Positions 1 to 10,594 of a stretch of DNA of 64,000 nt are shown here, piece by piece. The stretch lies in NCBI GenBank assembly GCA_020137815.1, contig CM035354.1, positions 930,001-994,000 of the forward strand. Reading direction: 5' to 3'. The notes beneath the pieces are model-generated. The model did not search any database and had not been told where the DNA came from. It saw only the letters and a program-made list of their open reading frames with translations. Source of the DNA: Hormiphora californensis (taxonomy: Eukaryota; Animalia; Ctenophora). Made by a program: the position numbers and the translations under genes. Positions within the stretch are counted from its first letter, which is position 1; each line of letters starts with the position of its first letter.

Positions 1-453
1 TTCGCGTGTTACAGTAAATGATTTACCCGCCTCGCCAAAATTGTAACGCGCTCCTACTATGAGACTCATTGCTCTAAGGAACAAACAAATTAATTTATCT
101 TTTAAAAATCAAACACAAATGTCACCAGTTATATGAGGATAAATTACCATTTACCAGGTCACGGGTTCCCAGCAAACGGGTACTCTAGTAAAATAAGATC
201 TTCTAATATAAAGAATTGATTCACATCACCATTTACACTGTCAAAAACTAAATATATCAGAGAATCGATCGCGGTGAAATTCCATAATAAACTTTCCAGA
301 TTTTGTCTCTTGTATCTCGATTAGAAACAACCAATCACCGTTATCTCGCTCAGAAACAACCAACTTGAGATCATCGTCCGACAACCAATTTCATTAAAAC
401 TATTCCCTTCACAGGGAAGGGCCCTTCAGTCTTTAACTTTCTACAAAATCGTA

Positions 454-498
454 TATAACCCTAGTTATAACCCTAGTTATAACCCTAGTTATAACCCT
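454..498. repeat. 12-bp tandem repeat (TATAACCCTAGT)x~3.5
   Basis: Direct reading: tataaccctagt repeated just upstream of the LINE endonuclease coding region. Confidence 0.85.
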
Positions 499-522
499 AC
501 GTTAGGGCCTGTCTCGCCTACG

Positions 523-3465
523 AGCAATCTTTTACTGTTAAATGGGAGAAGTTTAAGTCCAGCAGGTGATACATGTTGGAAACTTGGGCTTATTAGAGAC
601 TATGTTAAGCAAGAGAAAACTCCCATAGTAACCATTGCAGTAACTGAGACTTGGTTTAAAGGCTATCATTCTGATGCCCAGGTTCAGATACCAGGGTATG
701 ACGTGTATAGAAGTGATAGAGAAAACCGAGTGGGCGGTGGCTGTGCCTTATATGTTCAATGTTCGCTGGCTGTTTCTGATACTACATGTTTTGCGAGTGC
801 GAATAACAATATGTGTGCTGTTTATGTTGAACAAATAAACACTATTTATGCTGTTGTGTATCGCTCTGAGTCAAGTGTGTTAGATTTTCAAAAGCTGATG
901 GACAATCTCCAGACTTTTATTGATAATCACAGTGATGATCGATTACCAGAGGTCATAGTTTCTGGGGACTTTAATCTTCCTCTTTTTCAGTGGGCTGATG
1001 GGTCGTCTGTTCCGATTGACAAGCCTAACTACAATGTTGTTGCTGATTTCATGGACGCAAACTTTCTATCCCAAGTTGTTGAGGGCCCTACAAGAGGCAA
1101 CAACACGTTAGACCTTGTGTTTACTAACCGCCCGGAATATTTCAGCAATATCTCTATTACGGATGGGGGTATCTCGGATCATTCCTGGGTATCATGTGAA
1201 CTCTCATTCAACCCTCTCGGTCCCAAAAGTATATTTCTTCCCAGTATACTTGAGGGTTATCGGCAATTGGATCTTCAGTCGGCTGACTTCACTAGTATTA
1301 ATGCAGAACTAGCGGCTACTGATTGGGATCAAATGTTGACGGAATGTGAAGAACTGGGAGATGAGGATGGTTCCCTTTTTGTGGAGGCCATGCGTGACAA
1401 AGTTTTCAAAGTTGTAAAGTCACACTGTCGATTGAAGAAAATCAGGAAAGAGTTTGTGGACAAAGAACTGAAGCACTTGACCAGCAGGAGACGTAAATTG
1501 GTTAAACGCGAGAACGGTTCAGACAAATGGATATCACAGATGGACTGTATAATTGGCAGGATAAAGGAACACTTGATATCAAGGGAAAGGAAGACAGAGA
1601 GGAAGGCTGTGGACGTTATTAAAGAGAACCCGAAGTTCTTTTATTCACATGTCAAGAAGAAATCTAAAGTCAGATCTTCAGTTGCACCCCTTGAGCGTGA
1701 AGATGGTTCACTAACTGTGGATCCTCAAGAGAAGGCTGGACTACTCCAACACCAGTTTTCCAGCGTTTTTAGCGACCCTTCCGCTATCGACCCCACAGAG
1801 GCAGCTGGTAACGTTGAGGACCTCGGTGAGATCCTGACAAGTTTGGAGTTCTCGCAGAATTGTATTCAGACTGCGTTGGGGGAACTGAAACCATTCTCAG
1901 CCTCCCCTCCAGACTGCATTCCTTCAGCTGTTCTGAAACAGTGTCGCAGTAGCCTGTCATACCCGATTTGGATGCTGTGGAACAGGTCATTTGAAGACGG
2001 TACTGTCCCTAGTTGCCTGAAGCAACAATTCATAACACCGTTGTTCAAAAAGGGGGCTAAATCGAAACCTGAGAATTATCGCCCCGTGTCTATAACGAGC
2101 CACCTATCTAAGGTGTTTGAGCGGCTGGTTAGGAAGCGGATAGTTGACTACTTGGACGAAATGGGCTTACAGAGTGAGACACAGCATGGATTTAGGACAG
2201 GGCGCAGTACCATGACTCAGCTTCTTACCCATGTTGACTACATTTTAAACGAATTATGCAATGGCCAGGAAGTTGACATAATTTATTTGGATTTCAGCAA
2301 GGCCTTTGACTCAGTTGATATCAATGTTTTGCTGGCTAAGCTGAAAAGGTATGGTATTGGTGGGCAACTTCTTCAGTGGATCAGTGCGTGGATCCTGGGC
2401 AGGAAACAGTGTGTAATGGTGGATGGAGTGAGGTCACTCTGGGTTGACGTGCTTAGTGGGGTTGCCCAGGGCAGTGTACTTGGACCACTACTTTTTCTCA
2501 TCTATATCCTGGATCTAGAATCAGTGCTGGATGGTAGCATGTGTCTCACTTTTGCCGACGACACAAAGTTGATGAAAGCTATATCGGACATGGCTACTCA
2601 GGCCTGCCTTCAGAACGATCTTTTGAGGGTAACTGAGTGGGCAAGGATGAATAACATGAAGTTACATGAGAACAAATTTCAACTCCTGAGTTATAGACTG
2701 AATAAGTCGGCGATCCTCAGTGATTTTCCTTTCTCAGCAGAGGTGTTTTCATACACGACCGGGTCAGGGGTTCAGTTGATGCCAGATCCGGATGTCCGTG
2801 ACCTAGGTGTTCAGATGTCTGCGGACGGTTCATGGTCGAAGCATATCTCTACTATTGTGAGGAAGGCTTCTCTTTTGTGTGGTTGGATATTCAGTGTGTT
2901 TAGAGACCGTACACCGGACCTTATGTTGCAACTCTTTAAGTCGTTGGTCAGGCCTATTCTAGAGTATTGTTGCCTAGTCTGGAACCCTTCCAAGGCCAGT
3001 GATATCAAGGCTATTGAGAATGTACAGAGATGTTTCACCAGACGTCTTGATGGTATGCAGGGTCACGACTATTGGGGTAGACTGAAATTGCTCAATATTA
3101 TGTCCCTTCAGCGTCGGAGGCAGCGCTACATGCTGATCCATGTGTGGAAGACGATTCAGGGTTTTGTACCGAATTCTGCCCACCTAGTAATTCAACAGCA
3201 CGCTAGATTGGGTACGCGGATAGTCCCTCCGCCTTACCCCTATAGAGCAGAAACGAAACGAGCTAATCAATTTCATTGCTCATTCGGTCCTAGAGCAGCT
3301 CATTTATGGAACACTCTACCAGCTGCTGTTAATTCTTGTGTGAGCTTGAATCAGTTCAAATCATCATTGGGGAATTACTTGACAGGATTTCACGATCGTC
3401 CTCCAGTCAGAGGGTACCCGCCACTTCCAAATGACCTTTCGCCTCAATGTGCTGTGCTGTGCTGA
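523..3465 (+). CDS. LINE ORF2: apurinic endonuclease + reverse transcriptase (uninterrupted frame; no ATG, ORF track starts at GTG 703)
   Basis: The frame is open upstream of 703 and reads SNLLLLNGRSLSPAGDTCWKLGLIRDYVKQEKTPIVTIAVTETWFKGYHSDAQVQIPGYDV, joining the 920-aa ORF. Stop at 3463-3465. Confidence 0.9.
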   Translation, partial: SNLLLLNGRSLSPAGDTCWKLGLIRDYVKQEKTPIVTIAVTETWFKGYHSDAQVQIPGYDVYRSDRENRVGGGCALYVQCSLAVSDTTCFASANNNMCAVYVEQINTIYAVVYRSESSVLDFQKLMDNLQTFIDNHSDDRLPEVIVSGDFNLPLFQWADGSSVPIDKPNYNVVADFMDANFLSQVVEGPTRGNNTLDLVFTNRPEYFSNISITDGGISDHSWVSCELSFNPLGPKSIFLPSILEGYRQLDLQSADFTSINAELAATDWDQMLTECEELGDEDGSLFVEAMRDKVFKVVKSHCRLKKIRKEFVDKELKHLTSRRRKLVKRENGSDKWISQMDCIIGRIKEHLISRERKTERKAVDVIKENPKFFYSHVKKKSKVRSSVAPLEREDGSLTVDPQEKAGLLQHQFSSVFSDPSAIDPTEAAGNVEDLGEILTSLEFSQNCIQTALGELKPFSASPPDCIPSAVLKQCRSSLSYPIWMLWNRSFEDGTVPSCLKQQFITPLFKKGAKSKPENYRPVSITSHLSKVFERLVRKRIVDYLDEMGLQSETQHGFRTGRSTMTQLLTHVDYILNELCNGQEVDIIYLDFSKAFDSVDINVLLAKLKRYGIGGQLLQWISAWILGRKQCVMVDGVRSLWVDVLSGVAQGSVLGPLLFLIYILDLESVLDGSMCLTFADDTKLMKAISDMATQACLQNDLLRVTEWARMNNMKLHENKFQLLSYRLNKSAILSDFPFSAEVFSYTTGSGVQLMPDPDVRDLGVQMSADGSWSKHISTIVRKASLLCGWIFSVFRDRTPDLMLQLFKSLVRPILEYCCLVWNPSKASDIKAIENVQRCFTRRLDGMQGHDYWGRLKLLNIMSLQRRRQRYMLIHVWKTIQGFVPNSAHLVIQQHARLGTRIVPPPYPYRAETKRANQFHCSFGPRAAHLWNTLPAAVNSCVSLNQFKSSLGNYLTGFHDRPPVRGYPPLPNDLSPQCAVLC

Positions 3466-3586
3466 TGTGTGTGAGTGTGAAGGGATATTTTTTAACTTGA
3501 TATTTATTTAGGTGGACCCATTCAGGGAAGGCCTGTTTCTTTATAAATAAAACTTTAATTGTAAACTTGTAAACTTGTAAACTTGT
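523..3586 (+). mobile_element. CR1-group (CR1/L2/Crack-like) non-LTR retrotransposon, 5'-truncated, no ORF1
   Basis: APE motifs (LLLLNGRSL at ~529, IAVTETW, YRSDR..GGG, GDFN, LDLVF, SDH). RT motifs (NYRPVSIT, QHGF, YLDFSKAFD, GVAQGSVLGP, FADD, DLGV) and a CR1-type C-terminus (LVRPILEYC, LQRRR, WNTLP). Candidate 8-bp tail (TTGTAAAC)x3 at ~3559-3586. Both boundaries are approximate. Confidence 0.88.
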
Positions 3587-3587
3587 T

Positions 3588-3719
3588 CTAACTACGAAGT
3601 GCTGCAAGTCTAGATTGAAGATCATCCTCCTCTTCTGACGACACATTAGCGGGTCCAGCTATCTCTTCCTCAGCTTCTCCAGCTATCGGTGTTGAGATTG
3701 CAGTGTCAGTTCCTAGTCT
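3588..3719 (-). CDS. CHMP3: Terminal exon of an ESCRT-III CHMP3/Vps24-like gene (C-terminal MIM1 helix)
   Basis: After a ...ctttctAG acceptor the minus strand reads RLGTDTAISTPIAGEAEEEIAGPANVSSEEEDDLQSRLAALRS*. The ending closely matches the CHMP3 C-terminus (human ...EEALEAMQSRLATLRS*). No upstream exons were found in the window. Confidence 0.62.
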   Translation of the reverse strand, partial: RLGTDTAISTPIAGEAEEEIAGPANVSSEEEDDLQSRLAALRS

Positions 3720-4458
3720 CTAGAAAGCGTAAAAAGTCGAAAATCGCTGAAAAATGACAGTTTTTGCCGTTTTACGCAAAAACCGCTACGTTTTCGATTT
3801 TAATTTTATGTTTTTCGGATTCCTCGGTCAAAAATACGTAACCTAGGTCCGGTCTCCAAAAAACTTTATCTAGTCGAGGTTTCACCTCCTTAAGGGACAC
3901 CGTGCCCAGGGAGATCTCCGGAGGCCGTGTGGCCGGTGGCGTGTAGCCTACGGGTGACGGGTCCGTACTCCGTGAGGGACTAAGGAGGCGCCCACAACGG
4001 GTGCAAGCCCCAGTAAAGTTTGAATTAGTCAAGGAGCCGAAGCCTTTGGTACACTGCTGAGTGCTGGAACACTGCTGGGACCTTCGTTCGAGGCAAGAAG
4101 TTGGCAAACGTTGCTGGTCCCCGATAGGCAGCGCTTTTCAAGGCAAGAAGCAACTGGCGCACTTTTTTTCCGAGTTTCCGTTATAAAATTTTTTAATTTT
4201 ATTTTTTGTGCATTCGTTGATTTATTCGGTTTAAAATACATAACAGGGCATAACGGTACACGCTTAACTTTTAAGTTTAACGAAGCATTACCGCCGCGCG
4301 CTGCAACGATTCAAAGTTCCAATTAAAATTTATTCGCGGCTGTGTCGCGTTTTTAAAAAATTTCCTAAGAGCTTGAAAAGTGATGCCTTATCCCGCGCAG
4401 CAACGTTTGCCAACCTAAGAGCTGAAATATTAGAAATGTGCTACTGCTGCCAACATTA

Positions 4459-4602
4459 GGAGCCTCGGAAATGTTCAAGTCGTGCACAATCAAGTCACGC
4501 CCACCAATCACAGCTCAGAACGCGAGGAGTGCTTCGCGCGTTCTGAGCTGTGATTGGTGGGCGTGACTTGATTGTGCACGACTTGAACATTTCCGAGGCT
4601 CC
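4459..4602. mobile_element. Fold-back MITE (near-perfect 144-bp palindrome)
   Basis: GGAGCCTCGGAAATGTTCAAGTCGTGCACAATC... pairs with ...GATTGTGCACGACTTGAACATTTCCGAGGCTCC. Flanks are TTA/TCA, a possible degenerate 3-bp TSD. Confidence 0.7.
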
Positions 4603-4796
4603 TCATAACAAAAATTCGTCATGTTGGTCACCCGCATAAAGCTTTATCCATGACAAGAACTACGACGTCAAAGATGCAGTCCGCTAACAAAGTTTGCATT
4701 TTTTGGGCGTCTAGGACGTCGTGAACGCCGAACGGTTACCGTTGGTAATCGGAAGGTAATAAGTAAAGACTACAGTTGCGCATAGTATAAATGAAG

Positions 4797-5479
4797 TATG
4801 AACGTTTGTAGACTGGCGCGTTATGAAGTTGGCTGTTCCCAGCGCGAGCTGGGGACAGCCAACTGGAGTTTAATCGCCCGGTAGGGCGATTAAACTGGTT
4901 TAAATCCCGACGCCGATCCCGAGGCGCCAGCCGAGGGTGAGGGGGAGGTGATTTAAACCTATAACGCGATAGGCTAACAAACGTTCATATTTTATGAAAC
5001 CCGATAGTAATTACACACAAAAAGAGACACAACACAAGGTGAAACACACTAGGACTGCTGGCAAATAGTCAACAGACACCCTGAAAATGTGTGTAGACTT
5101 AGTGTCTACTGTTCCTAACATGTTTGAGAAAGAGAGAGAAAGATTAGGGGCAATACACACTGTCAGAGGTAGTGAACAGTAAAAGAGACAATGAGAGAGA
5201 GAAATGAATGGAATGTGATTCTTTTCACTCCTTATGAGAGAGATAACATTGAAACGTGCTGCAGACATGTTTCCCCTTTCTTTTGTTGACAGAACTGTGT
5301 GTTTACACACATTTTCAATACTTAGAATTTTACACGCATGTTATTCAAATGAAGAGAAACGCGTGAAAAAGGGCACTGGACTGATAAATCGCGAGCAGGG
5401 TGTTAAATCCCCCAGCTAGCAGTTATCATGAGCGCGCAAAATCTTCAAACGACTGATAAATCAACTATCGGGTTTCATA
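4797..5479. mobile_element. Hairpin-rich non-autonomous element of unresolved class (nested inverted repeats; Crypton-like architecture possible)
   Basis: TATGAACGTTTGT(4797)/ACAAACGTTCATA(4989) encloses three internal stems: GTTGGCTGT..ACAGCCAAC, AGTTTAATCGCCC..GGGCGATTAAACT and GGTTTAAATC..GATTTAAACC. A second pair is TATGAAACCCGATAGT(4993)/ACTATCGGGTTTCATA(5479). Confidence 0.5.
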
Positions 5480-5502
5480 TGATTGTACTCGTTTGACGTT
5501 AG

Positions 5503-5660
5503 AAAATGGTCCAAGTGGATTTTAGCCTTTATTGGGATTTGGGGCCCAGTCCGCAATGCAATTTTCTTGGGGTTGATTGCAAGGTTTCGGGCATCTTGTG
5601 GCATGTTCAAATAATGCCACTTTAGTTGATATCAAGCGGCCCCAGGTGAGCGGTCGAACA
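5503..5660 (+). CDS. Probable degraded upstream CNK exon (end of CRIC region / first strand of PDZ)
   Basis: Reads ..HLVACSNNATLVDIKRP(P)GE.., which would precede GFSFRE (9950) as the PDZ carboxylate-binding loop. It lies in error-rich sequence and the frame cannot be restored with certainty. Confidence 0.35.
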
Positions 5661-5699
5661 CGGGAAAGGGGACGGGGGGACGGGGAGAAACACCAGGAG

Positions 5700-6917
5700 C
5701 CCCAGGGATTTTCTTGTTAAGGAGTTGTAATGTTTCTTTGCTAAAAATAATTTTTTCAGGTTAGCTATAAAGTTAGCATAATGAGGAGAGATGGCAACAA
5801 TTCAATTTCCGTGCACTCGGGACAGAAAGAGTTAGTAGAAAACTTATGGGGTATCCTTAGACGGATAAAGAGCAACAAAAAATGGTTGGAAAACAAACAA
5901 AACAAACTGTGTGTAAACAGTTACCATGGGTCCAATCAGTATAAGAATATCAAATTAATGAAAAAAAAGGAGTGAAAAAACCCGGGATAACAAAAAGAAA
6001 GGAGATTGTGTGGAAGAAAGACAGCAAAAAGTGAAGTGGGCAAGGAGCCCGACGAAGGGCGGACATGGCATGACTGGAAGGGGGGGGCGTCACAGGGGAG
6101 GGTCTGATGCAAGAGGAGATTTGGTTAAACTGTCAGCAATAGCAGCTAGAGAGGTGGTTTAATAGAAATAGGTGTGTCTGTGTGTTTAATGGCGCTCACA
6201 CATCTGTTAATATCACTCAATTTTCTATCTTATCATACTATTGTTATTCTCCCTGTAATACGATGCGTATCTTTGTGTTTACCGTTTACTTTGATTTTCA
6301 CAAAAAAACTTTTTGGTAAAAGAACTTTATTTTTACCTTACCCCCTTTTCCCCCCTCCCTTTTTTTCTTCCCCCTTCCCCATCTCAATGCGGAAATACCG
6401 TTCCCCGGGAGAAACACAGGGGGCAAATTTTACACAAAAAAACAATTTCCCGGGGGGGTTTCTGAGTCCCCCCTCTAAACGCCCCCCCCCCCTCAAAATC
6501 CCCCGGCCCCCTTTTTCCCCCCCTTTTTCCCCATTCTCCCCTTTTTATTCCTCACCTCCCCTTTCTCCCTTTCCCCCACCCATTTCTAATTTATTTTTCC
6601 CCCCAAGGTTTGACCCCCAGGGGAAGGGGGGGAAATTCCCCCCAAACACAGCAACACAGGGGTTGTTGGTGGGGTTTATAAATCCTTAAACACATCACTA
6701 TTAGTATAACAGTCGGAGAAAAAAAAAACCCGTCAAACAACGCAGTAGTAGGAGAACGCGGTTGAAATTCTACAGAACAGCGTATGAAAAGGTTGGTCTT
6801 TTTCGTTCTTAAATCTTTCTTTCTATTTTCTTCCTCTCTTTCTCGCTCCAGCGATTGTTTAATTACCCGCGGAGTTGGCGGTTGCCATCATTCCGACAGC
6901 AGTAAGAAACGATAGAA

Positions 6918-6949
<32 letters not shown>

Positions 6950-8250
6950 GAAAAAGAGGAGGGAAAAAGTAACTTTGACAGACAAGGAAACGATTAACCG
7001 AAATGATTTTATTTTCGTATGTGTGAGATATAAAAATACATCCTAGTCGAATTCATATTTTCTGAAATTATAGCTCTTAAATATCCTAAAAACGAGTCAT
7101 GTTTTACGTAGAAGACGACTGAATTAAGCATTTAATTCGAGGTACATTCCTTCTCCTGTCCGATCTTTCATTAGCAAATACAATGCATCAATTGTCTATA
7201 AAATCGGTCCGTTGTTGTCTTTTTGTTTTCTTCAATGATAATGCAATCAATACAATCTCTCTAATTCTCTGAAAAATGATCGTTGAAATTGAGAATTGAG
7301 ATCCCCGGTTTTTAAAAAGGGAAAGAGGGAAATTATGAAGGGAAAGAGGTAAGCTGGGAGATAAAAATGTTGTGGACATTCACACGATTCTTCTTCTCGT
7401 CTCACTTCACAGATATATAATGTTGTCACTTCCACGTTAAAGTTTCCCCAAAACACCAGGAGACCAGCAGGGGCTGGGATTCATGCCAGTTTTTTTGCTA
7501 TTTTAAAACCCCCAGATATAAAATCATTTTCCCCCCGATTTAAAACAAAAATTAAATAGCAGGGGTGTTGGTAATAACTCCACTCCTGTAAAAAAATAAT
7601 GCAAATGCCCTTTCTTCTGTTTCCCCCTTTCCCTAAATAAAATAGGGGCTCCCCCTTCTTTTCTTCACTTCATCCGGGTTCTTCCCCCCCCCTAAGATAA
7701 AACCCCGTTTTTCAGGAAAAACCGCACAACACACGACCGAATAATTTACACCTTGCCCGAGGCCCCGGGAAGAACCCAATTATTTTAACCCCCCCACCCC
7801 CGCAATTTTTTGTGTGTGAAAAAGTTTTCCCTAGTATAATGGGGGGCTAAATAGTATTGTTAAATATTTTGCTTAACCCCCCGTAATAAAATCCCATTCC
7901 CCCCCGCTTTAGTCATAATCGATAATTGGGATGGGCCCCGGGTTTTGGGAAAAGGGGGAAAAAACCAAACCTGGGGAAAAAAGGAAAGGGGGGGGGCCCG
8001 GGGGGGGCGGATTCAAGCGTTTGGGCCCACAAAAAAGAACCCTTTTAAATAAAAAAAAAACCCCGGCGGGGGGTAGGGGACCGGGGGGGAGGGGGAAAGG
8101 GGGGGGGAAAAGAGAGTAAAGAAAGCCGGAAAAAGAGGATTTTTTAAGAAAAACCCGGGGGGGGAAAAAAAACGTAGAAGCTTCTCACTCCGTAACAATC
8201 ATAATGCATAGTCCTCTCTCCCTTATCTTTCTTCTCTCCTCTCTCTGCTC
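5700..8250. other. Low-quality consensus / probable assembly artefact
   Basis: Dense irregular C, G, A and T homopolymer runs. ~7690-7930 looks like a garbled duplicate of ~8280-8560 (shared ccccgtttttcaggaa..accgcacaa). Confidence 0.7.
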
Positions 8251-8727
8251 TCCTCTCTCTCTCTCTTCTATCTCCCCTAATGATAACACCCCGTTTTTCA
8301 GGAATTACCGCACAAAAACCACAAAACAGCAGAATAAAGTTTTACCCTCACCTGCAGGTGGTAAGCACCCAGTATAGGGGGTCTACTAGTTTTGTAACCT
8401 ATGTCTTGCTTCACCCCTGTAATTAAACTCCATTGTAGTCACTAATCGTAACTAGCCTAATGGGGGGTTAAAAGGAATACTTGTGTAAAAAAATGTGGCT
8501 CGACCCTGTGAGGGAACAACCATTCACACCAGCTTCAGTCACTAATCGATAACGGGGGGCCGATTGGTAATACGAGGGCACGAAGGATCACAGGCCGAGA
8601 AGGGTCCCACATTCGAGGAGTAACGTACAGGCCGAGAGATGATAGGAGGGTGAGAGGAGCTCCGCATTGAGCGATAGCTATGCTAGACGTCGTCAGGATG
8701 AGAGAGCGATAGCTCTCTATCTCGCTG

Positions 8728-8781
<54 letters not shown>

Positions 8782-9046
8782 CCCCGGTACAGACTAAGTG
8801 TAACACCGTGGTTCAGCTATTTTCGGAGTCCACTCAACACTTTTGCAAGCAATTCCGAGAGTAGCAGCAAAGCTATCTGGCTCCATCTCGCATGATGATG
8901 ATGATTTATGCGACTCTGTTTATACAATTTGACTGTCGAGCGCGCGCCTTCGCCGCATCGTTGGGATACGGGAAAGCAAACGATTGTTGCGCGCGTTGCC
9001 GCGCTGGTATGAAACCCTTGCAGTACCGCTTGGAGTTCTGCACTTA

Positions 9047-9839
9047 TAGTAGAGTCGATAACTACATCGACCTCTCCCAATTGTTCCAGTTTTTGTCACA
9101 TCTGTTTGGAGCCTCGACACGACCTCTAAACAGGTGTTACTTTTTCACAAACTGTTTTCATCTTGGTGTAATCAGCAGTTGAAATGTTGCTAATCATAAC
9201 AAAAACCTGACTAAATTTTTTCAACTTGGGGTAAAACCATGGGTGTCAAAAGTTAGCTCTAAGTCCCCTGAGTAACCATCCGGAGACTCTAAGAGATATT
9301 TCAAGCCGTTCTCCTGTAATCATTAATCCCGGTAGAGCACATATTTGAGTATGGACGTACGTGCAATTGCCTACAACCTCAACTTTAATGTATAACGTTA
9401 ATGTGCGTCTCTCTCTTTTCTCCCCCTTGAGAAAGAGTTATCTCGCGCGGCGCAACCGCACGTGCGGTTTTTCCAGAGAGAGTGAGAGACATACAATAAC
9501 ATGTAAACAGCCTGCCAGCGCTCACGTACGTCCGCATTGTATTTTTTTCTCCACCGGGATTAATGATTACGGGAGAACGGCTTGAAATATCTCTTAGAGT
9601 CTCCGGATGGTTACTCAGGGGACCTAGAGCTAACTTTTGACACCCATGGTTTTACCCCAAGTTGAAAAAATTTAGTCAGGTTTTTGTTATGATTAGCAAC
9701 ATTTCAACTGCTGATTACACCAAGATGAAAACAGTTTGTGAAAAAGTAACACCTGTTTAGAGGTCGTGTCGAGGCTCCAAACAGATGTGACAAAAACTGG
9801 AACAATTGGGAGAGGTCGATGTAGTTATCGACTCTACTA
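9047..9839. mobile_element. Non-autonomous DNA transposon with ~285-bp TIRs and 3-bp TSD (Academ-like), copy 1
   Basis: Termini TAGTAGAGTCGATAACTAC.../...GTAGTTATCGACTCTACTA with TTA on both flanks (9044-9046, 9840-9842). A near-identical inverted copy lies at 58835-59672. TAG termini, long TIRs and a 3-bp TSD fit Academ (inference). Confidence 0.85.
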
Positions 9840-9949
9840 TTATTTTGCACCTCAATACAATGGACCTGGCTCACAGCCAGAGAGATATATCCAGTACTAT
9901 AACTGCTACTGTTACAGTGATGGGTGAGCCAAATATTCTATTTTTTCAG

Positions 9950-10261
9950 GGGTTTTCTTTCCGAGAGACGTCCAATGGAATTTACATTATTAAGCGGATT
10001 CTTGTTAATGTAAGTATACAAAAAGCCCAGGGAGAATATTATTCTGAATTCCTTTCAACGCTACAAGACCGTGTGACTGTGAAAAATTCCACCCGCATCT
10101 GCCTTCCCCTAATTACTTTTTGTTCTTAATCCGCCCTTTTTTTCTTTTCATCCTCAAACATGTCTGAAGTAATGTCACATGACGTTTATATGACTACAGT
10201 TCTTTTTAATAATCCAAATAACTGACATCTGTCATATCATATCATATCACTATCTATACAG

Positions 10262-10322
<61 letters not shown>

Positions 10323-10505
10323 TCTCTCTCCCTCACCCTCTCCCTCCCCTCCCTCATTATTCCGCCACAGTATGCACTAATGAGACAACCCGATGTATGA
10401 CTCGATGTCTTATGTTCTGGCTTGTTTCCCACACTGTGTTGTAGCTCACACAGACACGGCTGTTTCGATGACGTTCTGTGTAACACGATAATTCGGTGAG
10501 AGAGA

Positions 10506-10594
<89 letters not shown>

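Noticed and set aside
1-520. Possible Helitron ends (..CGGGTACTCTAG|T at ~188; A|TC start at ~198) and telomere-like TAACCCT units
   Set aside because: The hairpin is weak, there is no second copy in the window, and the 12-bp unit is not a (TTAGGG)n array.
6174-8198. Pro-, Gly- and Lys-rich ORFs
   Set aside because: They arise from homopolymer-rich low-quality consensus.
9361-9585. Identical 74-aa ORF at 9361-9585 and 59089-59313
   Set aside because: It is the internal spacer of the duplicated MITE, starts at GTG and has no recognisable motif; identity only reflects recent transposition.
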